Below, piece by piece: positions 34,807 to 44,547 of a stretch of DNA of 64,000 bases (position 1 is the stretch's first letter; every line of letters begins with the position of its first letter). The translations under genes were made by a program, and so were the position numbers. The notes under the pieces are model-generated. The model was not told the DNA's origin. It did not search any database and was given only the letters and a program-made list of their open reading frames with translations. The stretch comes from Candidatus Zixiibacteriota bacterium (lineage in GTDB: Bacteria > Zixibacteria > MSB-5A5 > GN15 > FEB-12): the NCBI GenBank assembly GCA_029860345.1, contig JAOUBJ010000014.1, positions 53,731 through 117,730 of the forward strand. The letters are read 5' to 3'.

Positions 34807-35556
34807 ATGGCTCGGGACCTTCTGCTTTCAGTTGCTTTACACGTGGGTATCGTGGCTTTTACGCTGCTGGCGTCACCGTTCGAGAGCGAGAGCCAGTTCG
34901 ATGATCGCGAAGTTATCTCGGTAGACTTGCTCTTTGAAGCCCCGCCGGGCGGGATCGAAGTCCAGGAGGAACCACCCCCGGACCCGGTCACGGTTGCAAC
35001 GCCCAAAACAGTGGAAGATGAACCTGAGGAGATACCTATCAGTGAACCGGTAACGGACGACGAAGAAGTCATAATCGACGAGGAATCCCAACCCGAGGAG
35101 ACAGAGACCAAAGAGGAGCCGCCACCTGAGGACCAGACGGTGGTTCAGCCGCCGCCCGCAGACGTAACAGCGGCCAACGAGCCGGCGGTCGCTGAAGGTC
35201 CTGCCGAGATACATTCCACCGTTACCGGCAAGGGTACTGTCTTTGCCGGCGCCACCATCAGCAACGCCAACTTCGACTATCCATACTGGTTCACTCAGAC
35301 CTTCAACAAAATCCTGCGCAATTGGCGCAACCCGGTGGCATCGGATGGTGTGATCGTCTGTGCGATCTATTTTGAAGTCATCAAGTCCGGTCGCGTTATC
35401 GTCAAACGCATAGAGACCTCTTCGGGGATCGCGCCATTCGATGCCGCCTGTCTGGCCGCTGTCGACCGCGCCAACCCCTTCCCACCGCTGCCTCGTCAGT
35501 TTGCTGATGAGATTATCGGTATAACTCTTCCCTTTAAGTATGATCCAAGCAGGTAA
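34807..35556 (+). CDS. tolA: TolA/TonB-like protein (TM, Pro/Glu-rich linker, TonB_C-like domain)
   Basis: An N-terminal TM is followed by an EEPPPD/EEPEE linker. The C-terminus reads YPYWFTQTFNKILRNW...ANPFPPLP. Confidence 0.7.
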   Translation: MARDLLLSVALHVGIVAFTLLASPFESESQFDDREVISVDLLFEAPPGGIEVQEEPPPDPVTVATPKTVEDEPEEIPISEPVTDDEEVIIDEESQPEETETKEEPPPEDQTVVQPPPADVTAANEPAVAEGPAEIHSTVTGKGTVFAGATISNANFDYPYWFTQTFNKILRNWRNPVASDGVIVCAIYFEVIKSGRVIVKRIETSSGIAPFDAACLAAVDRANPFPPLPRQFADEIIGITLPFKYDPSR

Positions 35557-35557
35557 A

Positions 35558-36874
35558 ATGAAACGAATCTTTCTCGCTTTTGCATTTGTCACATGTCTGT
35601 CTCTCACCGGTCAGGCACAGGAAAACAAAGTCAGAGAAATCCTCTTCGATACCATTGTCAAGGGCGATGTGCATGCCACTCCCATAGGGGTCGACCAGAT
35701 GGTGTACGTCGGCACGGAGTACATATCCAAGAGTGATACGACGTTGATGGAGTACGCGACTCGAATCGTGCAGCGTGATCTTGATTTCTACCTTGATTTC
35801 GAGCTGATCGAGGTAGACCCTTTCTATATAGAACTCTATGAGATCGTCGAACTCGACCTGTTCGGTTGGCAGCGTTTGGGAGCCGATTATGTGGTGAAAC
35901 TCGAAGCCGAGTTCCCCGGCGGCATGATGCGCGTGCGATGGAAACTTTTCGACGCCAGGCTGAAACGTCAGATAATACGTGGCACCGTTGATCGCCGCAA
36001 GGATGAGTGGCGCACGCTGGGACATGAAGTAGCCAACGATATAGTGACACAAATGACCGGCGATCCAGGTATCTTTTTGACCCGGATGGCCTATGTTAAG
36101 AAGAACGGGAATTCCAAAGAGTTGTTTATATCCGACTACGACGGCGCCAACGAAAAGCAGTTGACGGACAATGGCTCGATCAACCTCTCGCCTGTTTTCA
36201 CACCGAGGGGCGACGCACTGTACTATTGCAGCTACCTCGATGGCGACCCGCACTTGTATCGAATTAATCTTGGCAATCTCCAAGTCACCAAGATAGCCTC
36301 TTTCCCCGGCCTTGTGACGGCACCGGCAGTTTCCCCCGACGGAAACAAAATCGCCTGCGTACTCACCAAAGACGGCAACTCCGAAATTTACGTGCTCGAC
36401 CTGAACGGTAAGATTATCAAGCGTCTTACTCGCCACTGGTCGATAGACACATCCCCCACCTGGTCGCCCGATGGTCGTATGATCGCATTTTCATCGGACC
36501 GCTCCGGCGCTCCGCAGATATACCTGATGGACTCCGATGGCCTGAATGTCCGAAGGCTTACTTTTCAAACAGGCTACAACGACTCCCCCATCTGGGCCGA
36601 ACGCGGTGATCGTATCACTTTTGTGTCTCGGACGCGGTCGGGACGATTCGACCTGGCGTCGATAGATACATCTGGTACGAACTACCGCCTGATGACCGAA
36701 GTGGGCATGAATGAGAACCCTCACTTCTCGCCCGACGGAAAACATATTGTCTTTTCGTCTACGCGCCTGGGTCCCCGGGACATTTTCACGATGGACATCA
36801 CCGGCCGTAACCAACGCCGATTGACTCGATATAAAGGATGCTCGAATCCTGTCTGGGGACCTTTGCCGAATTAG
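35558..36874 (+). CDS. tolB: TolB beta-propeller protein
   Basis: The signal MKRIFLAFAFVTCLSLTGQAQE is followed by the TolB N-domain. Repeated motifs include SPDGxxIAF.S.R.G...IY. I chose ATG 35558 over the overlapping 35540. Confidence 0.85.
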   Translation: MKRIFLAFAFVTCLSLTGQAQENKVREILFDTIVKGDVHATPIGVDQMVYVGTEYISKSDTTLMEYATRIVQRDLDFYLDFELIEVDPFYIELYEIVELDLFGWQRLGADYVVKLEAEFPGGMMRVRWKLFDARLKRQIIRGTVDRRKDEWRTLGHEVANDIVTQMTGDPGIFLTRMAYVKKNGNSKELFISDYDGANEKQLTDNGSINLSPVFTPRGDALYYCSYLDGDPHLYRINLGNLQVTKIASFPGLVTAPAVSPDGNKIACVLTKDGNSEIYVLDLNGKIIKRLTRHWSIDTSPTWSPDGRMIAFSSDRSGAPQIYLMDSDGLNVRRLTFQTGYNDSPIWAERGDRITFVSRTRSGRFDLASIDTSGTNYRLMTEVGMNENPHFSPDGKHIVFSSTRLGPRDIFTMDITGRNQRRLTRYKGCSNPVWGPLPN

Positions 36875-36983
36875 AGGTGAGGGTGTGAAGTGTGGTCATC
36901 CCTTGTCTCACCTAAGGCAGTCGAAAGATGAAATGTTGATGAGAGGGCACATGCCTCGACTGCATACTTGAGGAGAAACCATA

Positions 36984-37868
36984 ATGTCGAAATACTACAT
37001 CCTCGATGTATTTGCCGAGCAGAAGTACTCTGGTAACCAACTAGCCGTGGTTCGCGATGGGCACAAGTACGCCGATGACGAGATGCAGAAGATCGCCCGC
37101 GAGTTCAATTTCTCAGAAACTACTTTCATTCTGTCTGAAACCGAGCGAGACGGTGGATATGATGTTCGCATCTTCACTCCAGCGCAAGAGCTCCCCTTCG
37201 CGGGACACCCGACACTGGGCACTGCCTACATAATACAGCAGGAAATCATCTCACAAGAGGTGGAAAGGGTCACGCTTAACCTCAAGGCCGGACCGATCCC
37301 GGTGGAGTTCAGTTATCGCGACGGAGAGGTCCGGGAGTTGGTCATGAAACAGCTCCAACCTGAGTTCGGCAAGCAAGTCGAACCGGCAGAAGTCGCCGCC
37401 ATGCTTCAGATAGACCCGAGCGATGTCGATGAGCGCTTTCCTTGTCTTGAGGCCTCCACCGGGATGTACGACTTGATCGTGCCGCTTCGTACTCTTGACG
37501 CTCAGAAACGAGTCACGATAGACCTGCCCAAGTACTATGAGCTAATCGAGAACCTTACGGCCAAAGCCATATTGACTTTCTGCCCCGAGACATACAACGC
37601 AAACCTGCAGCTGAATGTCCGCATGTTCGCCGACTATTTCGGGGTCCCCGAAGACCCGGCCACGGGCAGCGCCAACGGTTGCCTGGCCGGATATCTGGTT
37701 AAGGAAGGGTATTTCGAGTCAGACACTATCGATATCCGCACCGAGCAGGGTCTTCAAATCGGTCGGCCCTCGGTGCTGCATCTGATGGCTGAAAAGACGA
37801 CGAAAGGTATCGACATTCGGGTCGGCGGAAAGGTGGTCCGTTTTGCCGAAGGAAAGTTGGCTCAGTGA
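36984..37868 (+). CDS. PhzF-family isomerase-like protein
   Basis: The 294 aa ORF reads YILDVFAEQKYSGNQLAVV and FNFSETTF, with a two-domain DapF-like layout. Confidence 0.8.
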   Translation: MSKYYILDVFAEQKYSGNQLAVVRDGHKYADDEMQKIAREFNFSETTFILSETERDGGYDVRIFTPAQELPFAGHPTLGTAYIIQQEIISQEVERVTLNLKAGPIPVEFSYRDGEVRELVMKQLQPEFGKQVEPAEVAAMLQIDPSDVDERFPCLEASTGMYDLIVPLRTLDAQKRVTIDLPKYYELIENLTAKAILTFCPETYNANLQLNVRMFADYFGVPEDPATGSANGCLAGYLVKEGYFESDTIDIRTEQGLQIGRPSVLHLMAEKTTKGIDIRVGGKVVRFAEGKLAQ

Positions 37869-38017
37869 CGGGATTCAGGCCGCTGGAATCGCGCAAAAAG
37901 GACGTATCTGTCGAAAAAATCCTGTTTTTTTATTGACCGCCTCAGAGTGGCGATATAGATTTCGCAAACTTGGTACGAATGTAGAAGAATGTTTGTATAA
38001 AGCGAGGGAATGTTGAG

Positions 38018-38533
38018 ATGAAGAGATTTGCACTGGTTACACTGTTGGGCATGGCCGTTCTATTTGCCATGGGTGGTGTCTGTCCGCCCAAGGAAGTAAT
38101 CGAACCGCCGCCGGTGATAGACACCACGCCGCCGCCGGACACCACGCCGCCACCACCGCCACCACCACCGCCGCCGCCGCCGCCGACTCTTAAAGAGTCA
38201 CAGCTTCAGACGGCCTACTTCGACTACGACAAGTCCGACCTGCGCGGCGACGCCAAGTCGGCTCTGGATGTGAACTTTGACCTTATGATGGAATTCACCG
38301 ACGCCATAATCAAGATCGAAGGTCATTGCGATCAGCGCGGCACGGTTGAGTATAACCAATCGCTGGGCGCCAAACGTGCGCAGTCCGCTATGGATTATCT
38401 CATCGGGCGCGGCGTCCCGGCCAACAGACTGTCCACTGTTAGCTACGGCAAAGAACGGCTGGCCGATTCGGGGACTACCGAGGCGGCCTACCAGAAGAAC
38501 AGGCGCTGCGAGTTCCGCATTATATCGCAGTAG
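38018..38533 (+). CDS. pal: Peptidoglycan-associated lipoprotein (OmpA-C domain) with a poly-proline linker
   Basis: A lipoprotein-like signal (GGVC) is followed by TTPPPDTTPPPPPPPPPPPPPT. The OmpA-C motifs are YFDYDKSDL..IEGHCDQRGTVEYNQSLGAKRA..NRRCEF. Confidence 0.85.
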   Translation: MKRFALVTLLGMAVLFAMGGVCPPKEVIEPPPVIDTTPPPDTTPPPPPPPPPPPPPTLKESQLQTAYFDYDKSDLRGDAKSALDVNFDLMMEFTDAIIKIEGHCDQRGTVEYNQSLGAKRAQSAMDYLIGRGVPANRLSTVSYGKERLADSGTTEAAYQKNRRCEFRIISQ

Positions 38534-38542
38534 AACAGCGAC

Positions 38543-39298
38543 ATGATTGGACGCTCAAAAAACATCATAACCGCCATCCTCACGATGGCGGTTATGTGTA
38601 TCGGTTGCTGGCTGGGTGGCTGTGCCACTCATCGTCAGGCCCAGGATATTCTGGTGGACACGCGCGCGCTGAAAACCGACAACGCCAAGACGCGGGCGGC
38701 GGTTGCCCGTATGGACTCAATCATCGCAACAGGCGCCGAAGCAGACAGCCGCCTGCGAGCGGAGATGCGGACCTCGATCAGCGAATTGCACACCCAGATC
38801 GCACGCCTGCTTGAGAACTATAACGATCTTATGGTCAGGTTGAATGAATGCTGCCAGGATAAAATAATCGTATACGATTCACTCAGAGGATCTGTGGAGC
38901 CACCGATAACGGATACACCCCCGCGAATTGATTGCAGCAAGACCTACGATGATGCGTTTATTCTTGTTCGGCAACTTGAGTATGACAAAGCGATCAGCGG
39001 GTTTCGCGATTTCCTGGAGAACTGCCCACAGCACGACAACGTGCCAAACGCACACTACTGGATCGGCGAGAGCTACTATATGCTGGATAAATTCGCCGAA
39101 GCAATCGTGGAGTTTGAACTACTGGCCAAAGACCACAAAAGCTCACCCAATATCGACCGAGCTTTGTACAAACTTGCTCGCTCACATGAAGAACTTGGAC
39201 ACACGGATCAAGCCAAGACCGTCTACCAGCAACTGGTGGATGACTACTCAGGCACCCTGTCGGCCGAGCAAGCGGGCGACCGCCTGAAAGAACTGTAA
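38543..39298 (+). CDS. ybgF: YbgF/CpoB-like Tol-Pal system protein (coiled coil plus TPR)
   Basis: A lipobox-like LGGC is present. The C-terminal TPR region reads YDDAFILVRQLEYDKAISGFRDFLENCPQHDNVPNAHYWIGESYY. The gene sits immediately after pal. Confidence 0.75.
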   Translation: MIGRSKNIITAILTMAVMCIGCWLGGCATHRQAQDILVDTRALKTDNAKTRAAVARMDSIIATGAEADSRLRAEMRTSISELHTQIARLLENYNDLMVRLNECCQDKIIVYDSLRGSVEPPITDTPPRIDCSKTYDDAFILVRQLEYDKAISGFRDFLENCPQHDNVPNAHYWIGESYYMLDKFAEAIVEFELLAKDHKSSPNIDRALYKLARSHEELGHTDQAKTVYQQLVDDYSGTLSAEQAGDRLKEL

Positions 39299-39302
39299 TG
39301 TC

Positions 39303-39827
39303 GTGACACTTGCAACCACCAGACTGAGAATCTCCACCCCGACCGAGCCAATTGTGCCCGGTCGGGGTTTTTACCAACTGGAAGAGGATGCGCTTTATGT
39401 GCAGATTGGTATGTTCGATCCTCGGTACCGGTTTTTTTCCTATCTGGAGAGCCAGTCGGTTCAGCTCGAACTCGACCGGCAGGCCCGTTTGATCTTTATC
39501 GAAGTGACACAACCGCGCCGACACTGGGAAGTCTCCGATGATTTACAGTTTCCCCAGGCGGCCGAAGTGGCCGATCTTCGCTGGCTTGATTTTCGCGACA
39601 CCATCCGGGAACCACGGCTGTCCACCAATCACTCGCGATCGCTTCTACATGTTCAGTTCTCCAGCCGGTTGCCCCTGCGAAACTTCTACCTGACCCGGGA
39701 TGTTATCGCACAGCTGGACGCTTCGGATCGTCTGGCCGCCATCTGGATCAACGATATCGAGGACGATCTGGCCGGCCGTGCGATTGCATCTTTTCGCAAA
39801 CGCTGTCGCCGTGAGGCGGCATCTTGA
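39303..39827 (+). CDS. Hypothetical protein
   Basis: The 174 aa ORF starts 5 nt after ybgF. I recognise no motif with confidence. Confidence 0.4.
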   Translation: MTLATTRLRISTPTEPIVPGRGFYQLEEDALYVQIGMFDPRYRFFSYLESQSVQLELDRQARLIFIEVTQPRRHWEVSDDLQFPQAAEVADLRWLDFRDTIREPRLSTNHSRSLLHVQFSSRLPLRNFYLTRDVIAQLDASDRLAAIWINDIEDDLAGRAIASFRKRCRREAAS

Positions 39828-40039
39828 GGTTGATTTGGGTGGTCTTGGATGACCCCGCCGTCTACAATCTAAAAAACAAGTCGACTCCTAACGTTGCTTC
39901 TCCCGGTTTCTACGCGACAGGTTGTACTCGTCACGCTTGGTTTTGTCTACTGGACAAGGAACAGGCGCGAAGCGCGAAAGGGTGGCTTGCCACCAACCAA
40001 GTTGTTGACTGCTAAGGCATCTGCCTCTTTATTGACATC

Positions 40040-42058
40040 ATGCCGGGACCAGACAAGAAAACTATCCAGGAACTCGATCGACTGCGCCAATCCGTCCAGA
40101 AGCACGACCGTCTTTACTACATCGAAGACAACCCGACCATCAGTGACGCAGAGTATGACCGACTATTTGACCGCATCCTTGAAATCGAAGAAGCCCATCC
40201 CGACCTCGTCACACCCGATTCCCCCAGCCAGAGGATTGGCGCCTCTCCCTCGGAGAAGTTTGCTCAGGCGGAACACCGCGTGCAGATGCTGTCGCTGCAG
40301 AAAGTGACCACGGCTGAAGAGTTTGAGGAGTTTGATCGCCGAGTGCGCGACGGTCTGGAAACGGACGGTGAGATCGAGTACATCGTGGAACCGAAACTTG
40401 ACGGTCTGGCCGTCGAATTGGTCTATGAAAACGGGCTGTTCGTACTGGGTTCCACTCGTGGCGACGGCAGGAGCGGCGAAAACATCACACCCAACCTGAG
40501 GACCCTGCCAACCATCCCGCTGAGGCTGTCCAGTGAGTCGGCTGAACGGTATCCGAGACTGGAAGTGCGTGGTGAAGTCATCATGCGAAAATCGGAATTC
40601 GAGCACCTTAACGACACCCTGTCGACAAACGATCAACCCGTCCTGGCCAATCCTCGCAATGCTGCAGCCGGATCGCTGAGACAGCTTGACTCAAAGATCA
40701 CCGCATCCAGGCCGCTATTGTTTTACGCCTACGGTATCTCCGACACCAACCTGAAGTCGCTCGATAAACAGCACGCCGTTATGGACCTTCTGTATAAAGA
40801 GGGTTTCCTGATCAACGATCAGATCAAGCCCGCCACAGGGACTCACAAAGTTACTCAGGCTTTCAATATGCTCGCAGCGGCACGCGACCAATTGGACTAC
40901 GAGATCGACGGCATGGTTGTCAAAGTCGACAGTTTTGCCGACCAGGAAATCCTGGGACAGATTTCACGCGCTCCCCGATGGGCGGTGGCCTGGAAGTTCG
41001 CCGCCGAAACAGCGCAGACTGTGGTGGAGGACATCGAGTTTTCGGTCGGCCGCACCGGTGTGGTGACGCCAGTGGCAACACTGATAGCGGTAAGAGTCTC
41101 AGGGGTCATGGTCACCCATGCATCTTTGCACAACGAAGATGAACTCACTGCCCTCGATGTACGCGTCGGCGACACGGTAACAATCCGAAGGGCAGGCGAT
41201 GTTATCCCGGAAGTTGTGGAGGTCGATAAAACCAGGCGTCCGCAAGGGACCGAGGCCGTGAAGTTCCCCACCGTGTGCCCCTCATGCAACCAGTCGATCA
41301 GTCGCTCCGAGGGTGAAGCGGCCTGGCGTTGCTTGAACACATCCTGCCCGGATCAACTCGAGGGGCGGCTGTTTCACTTTGCCTCCAAGTCCGGCTTCGA
41401 CATCGAAGGTCTGGGTGGGAAACTGGCCCGTCAATTGATCGCCGAGAAACTGGTGTCCAATCCGGCGGATTTGTTCTTCCTGACCAAAGAGCAGCTTCTT
41501 CCACTTGAGCTGATGGCCGACAAGAAAGCTGAGAACTTGCTCACGGCCATTGACCGCGCTCGGAGAACATCCCTTCCACGCCTGATCTATGCATTGGGTA
41601 TCTCAGGCGTGGGTGAGGCGGCTGCCGCCAGCCTGGCCGCACAGTATGAGTCCTTCCAACGATTGCAGACAACTACGGTCGAACAGTTGGAAAGTGTCGG
41701 GGGTATCGGTCCGACTATCGCCGCTGACATTGGTGAGTTTTTTTCGAATCCAACTAATGTTCGAATGATTGATCGGATGCGCGAGGGCGGTGTTGAGTTC
41801 CCGACCTGGCAGACCCGAAGTCAACAAGGACCTTTGGCTGGACAGACGTTTGTAATAACCGGCAAGCTAACCAAACCGCGCGGTTTCTACAAAAACCTTA
41901 TAGTCCAGAACGGTGGCAAGGTAAGTGCCACGGTATCATCGAGCACGAACTTCCTGCTATTCGGAGTCGATGCCGGGTCAAAACTGGCCAAGGCTCGCAA
42001 GCTGGGAATTGCGACTATCGACGAAGATGGGTTGGAGCAGCTTCTAAGCGATCAGTGA
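40040..42058 (+). CDS. ligA: NAD-dependent DNA ligase
   Basis: The 672 aa ORF carries the adenylation motif VEPKLDGLAV and the Zn finger CPSCNQ...CLNTSCPDQ. HhH repeats and a C-terminal BRCT-like GQTFVITGKL are also present. Confidence 0.95.
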   Translation: MPGPDKKTIQELDRLRQSVQKHDRLYYIEDNPTISDAEYDRLFDRILEIEEAHPDLVTPDSPSQRIGASPSEKFAQAEHRVQMLSLQKVTTAEEFEEFDRRVRDGLETDGEIEYIVEPKLDGLAVELVYENGLFVLGSTRGDGRSGENITPNLRTLPTIPLRLSSESAERYPRLEVRGEVIMRKSEFEHLNDTLSTNDQPVLANPRNAAAGSLRQLDSKITASRPLLFYAYGISDTNLKSLDKQHAVMDLLYKEGFLINDQIKPATGTHKVTQAFNMLAAARDQLDYEIDGMVVKVDSFADQEILGQISRAPRWAVAWKFAAETAQTVVEDIEFSVGRTGVVTPVATLIAVRVSGVMVTHASLHNEDELTALDVRVGDTVTIRRAGDVIPEVVEVDKTRRPQGTEAVKFPTVCPSCNQSISRSEGEAAWRCLNTSCPDQLEGRLFHFASKSGFDIEGLGGKLARQLIAEKLVSNPADLFFLTKEQLLPLELMADKKAENLLTAIDRARRTSLPRLIYALGISGVGEAAAASLAAQYESFQRLQTTTVEQLESVGGIGPTIAADIGEFFSNPTNVRMIDRMREGGVEFPTWQTRSQQGPLAGQTFVITGKLTKPRGFYKNLIVQNGGKVSATVSSSTNFLLFGVDAGSKLAKARKLGIATIDEDGLEQLLSDQ

Positions 42059-42090
42059 GCAGCTCTACCCAGCCGGCAGGATTACAGTCC

Positions 42091-42275
42091 GCCGCGGCGG
42101 GCTGCCCTACGAAGCTGCTTCCGGGCATTGGCGGGTTCACGCCGCGGCGCGCAGGTGAAGACGGACCCGCCCTACACACGGTACCCCACCCAGAGGCTTT
42201 GCGTCGGGTGGGATCAATAGTAGCTTCTACTTGCCGCCCGTAGTGTTCATGCTTCGACTCCGCATAGCATGAGGT
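42091..42275. repeat. Interspersed repeat modules
   Basis: The 46-bp module is at 42130-42175, with a partial copy at 42091-42113 and catgcttcgactccgcatagcatgaggttgggtg at 42241-42275. Confidence 0.8.
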
Positions 42276-42335
42276 TGGGTGACTGCGGCATGAAGTGAAG
42301 GGCTGGCGAAGCCGCAAAAACACGGCTTGACCGTG

Positions 42336-42929
42336 TCACCCCAGGCTGTCGAGCTTTTTCTGCAACAGCCGCATCTGTTTGGCCAATTTGTCGACCTTGG
42401 CCTCGACTTTTTTCATGTCCGACTGTTTTGCCAAATTCAACCTCTTGACCAGACTGGTCACTTCATGCTGCGCCCGTCCAGCTTCCTTGGCCACCCGATC
42501 CTTGAGCTTGGAGGTCGATGACTCAGCTTTTTCCAAGAGTTCCATCACCGCCTGTTTGCGGCTGGACTTATCAAGCTCGCCCTTCTTGATGAGATCATCG
42601 ATGATTTTTTCGGCTTTGGCTCTGGTGACATGAATGGCACCGATCGAGGCCAGAATTGTGTTTTTGAGAATAGACATGGACTTCTCTCCTCCAATCATGA
42701 TTATTTTTGAAAACAGTTCCTTCGTCTGCTGCTTGTCCGACCACCGCGGGGCCTCGCTGATAATTATACGACCCAGCACCGCCATAGTAATGTCTCGTCC
42801 GGAAGAAGTATCCACCACTTTCAGGTCGATACCACTTCGCACCAGATTAGCCAGATCCATCTGAGTGAGGGTGCGACTTTCACTGGTATCGTATAGACGA
42901 CGATTACTGTATCGTTTGATGACTCTCAT
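42336..42929 (-). CDS. PhaR-like PHA-synthesis regulator N-domain fused to a phasin-like coiled coil
   Basis: MRVIKRYSNRRLYDTSESRTLTQMDLANLV matches the PhaR DNA-binding N-terminus. The C-terminal half is a Lys/Glu-rich helix. Confidence 0.7.
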   Translation of the reverse strand: MRVIKRYSNRRLYDTSESRTLTQMDLANLVRSGIDLKVVDTSSGRDITMAVLGRIIISEAPRWSDKQQTKELFSKIIMIGGEKSMSILKNTILASIGAIHVTRAKAEKIIDDLIKKGELDKSSRKQAVMELLEKAESSTSKLKDRVAKEAGRAQHEVTSLVKRLNLAKQSDMKKVEAKVDKLAKQMRLLQKKLDSLG

Positions 42930-42992
42930 GGTTTACTCCTACCCTATTATAGTGCGCTGCACTATAATCGTCAACAAAAAAAAGCGCCCGCC

Positions 42993-43421
42993 TCAATGTT
43001 TCCCGGTTGAGACTAAAACGATATTGACGATTTCCAGGAGTCTTTCACAAGAGAACGGTTTCTTAATGAACATATCACCACCTGAGCGGAATGACCTGCC
43101 CATATCGTCGGAACGATCCTTGCCTGTTAGAAAAATGATCGGGGTGTCGGCAAACTGAGGTTCGCCCTTGAGCTGTTGGCAAATATCGTAGCCGTCAACT
43201 CCGGGCATCATAATGTCCAGAAGAATCACATCGGGCTTGAAAGCGCGCGCCTTTTGTACGGCATCGTTCGGAGAATTCTCGACGGCCACCTGGTAGCCTG
43301 ACTCCATAAGAAACGTCTCAACGATTTCGGTGATTTCCGGTTCATCATCGATAACCAGAACGCGGGCGGTATTGATTTTGACCTTCTGAGACAACCGATT
43401 ATTCCTTTTAGTCAAACCCAC
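42993..43421 (-). CDS. Single-domain response regulator (receiver only)
   Basis: The ORF reads VLVIDDEPEI...PDVILLDIMMPGVDG...PIIFLTGKD. Confidence 0.85.
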   Translation of the reverse strand: MGLTKRNNRLSQKVKINTARVLVIDDEPEITEIVETFLMESGYQVAVENSPNDAVQKARAFKPDVILLDIMMPGVDGYDICQQLKGEPQFADTPIIFLTGKDRSDDMGRSFRSGGDMFIKKPFSCERLLEIVNIVLVSTGKH

Positions 43422-43496
43422 CTAAGGTCAGGCTTTTATCCTTCTTGTTATGAATATGTCGGTTGATAGGCGCGAATTCTTAACCCTTGAGGAAGA

Positions 43497-43895
43497 TTAG
43501 GCTGTCGCGGACATCATGGTTAGCTTGACCAGGTCCGTTATCTGCCTCCGTTTGAACGGTTTCCGGACAAACGTGGTGGCCCCGTTGGCAAATGCTTTCC
43601 CTCCATCTTCTTCAGCCGAGCGACCGGTCAGGAATATCACCGGTACATTTTGCATAGTTGGGTTCTGTTTGATCAATCTGGTGGCGCCGTAGCCATCCAG
43701 ATCAGGCATGAGTATGTCCATTATGATCAGGTCGGGATGTGTTTTCATTGCGATTTCCACCCCTTCTCGACCCGACCTACCGCAGTGCACCTGATAACCC
43801 TCACGTTCCAAGATACTACTGAGAAGACTTACAATTACCTCTTCGTCGTCGACTACCAGAATCGTTCCATTTATGTTGGGTTCAGTGTTGGTCAT
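43497..43895 (-). CDS. Single-domain response regulator (receiver only)
   Basis: The ORF reads ILVVDDEEVI...PDLIIMDILMPDLDG...PVIFLTGRS. Confidence 0.85.
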   Translation of the reverse strand: MTNTEPNINGTILVVDDEEVIVSLLSSILEREGYQVHCGRSGREGVEIAMKTHPDLIIMDILMPDLDGYGATRLIKQNPTMQNVPVIFLTGRSAEEDGGKAFANGATTFVRKPFKRRQITDLVKLTMMSATA

Positions 43896-44082
43896 GAAGC
43901 CTCCCTCTCGTATACAGGCACCGCCCGCTTTGCCTTTGCCCCGCTCAATGCTCTTTCAGTAGTACTGTCGGCGTTCCCGGAACGATCTTGAGGAGTGGCT
44001 GATACACCCGAGTGGGCGCATCGAGACACGTCCATTCCGATTTTAATTGCAAATGGGCATCCATTCGCCTATTCTGGCCTTA

Positions 44083-44547
44083 ATGAAAGATGTCGATCAG
44101 ATCCGCTATATAGCCAGAAATCGCAGGGCCAGGCGTGACTACCAGATACTCAGTAGTTTGGAAGCCGGCCTTGAGTTGCACGGCGCCGAGGTGAAGTCCT
44201 TGAGGGAAGGCAAGATCAACCTCTCGGACTCATACGCCGTTGTTGAGAGCGGTCAGGTCTACCTGAAGAACCTGCACATTTCGCCGTACAAGATGGCCAC
44301 TGATACCAGCTACGATCCGCTCAGGCCAAGGCGGCTGTTGTTGCACAAAAGGGAAATCCGCAAACTGTTTGTCCAGACCGAACAGAAAGGACATACCCTG
44401 ATCCCCTTGTCCATTTACTTCAAAGGAAATCTGGCAAAAGTTGAACTGGCCCTGGCCACCGGGCGTAAGAAATATGACAAGCGCCAGGTCATCAGCGAGG
44501 CTGAGGCGAACAGAAAAATCAGCCAGGCCCTCAAAAAGGATTTTTGA
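44083..44547 (+). CDS. smpB: SsrA-binding protein
   Basis: IARNRRARRDYQILSSLEAGLELHGAEVKSLREGK is canonical SmpB. I chose ATG 44083 (154 aa) over the track's TTG 44047. Confidence 0.9.
   Translation: MKDVDQIRYIARNRRARRDYQILSSLEAGLELHGAEVKSLREGKINLSDSYAVVESGQVYLKNLHISPYKMATDTSYDPLRPRRLLLHKREIRKLFVQTEQKGHTLIPLSIYFKGNLAKVELALATGRKKYDKRQVISEAEANRKISQALKKDF

Noticed and set aside
38140-38190. CCG/CCA-rich low-complexity DNA that looks like a simple-sequence repeat
   Set aside because: It is in frame within pal and encodes the poly-proline linker. I report it as a protein feature rather than a separate repeat element.
39824-40307. ORFs 39824..40015 and 39894..40307 overlapping the ligA start region
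   Set aside because: The ligA frame from ATG 40040 gives a canonical N-terminus (ELDRLRQSVQKHDRLYY). The competing ORFs are Ser/Thr/Arg-rich with no motifs.
43896-44082. Possible tmRNA (ssrA) next to smpB
   Set aside because: The intergenic space is only about 190 nt. It shows no tRNA-like acceptor/T-arm or tag-peptide reading frame, and no comparable candidate lies downstream of smpB, which abuts the amidase gene.
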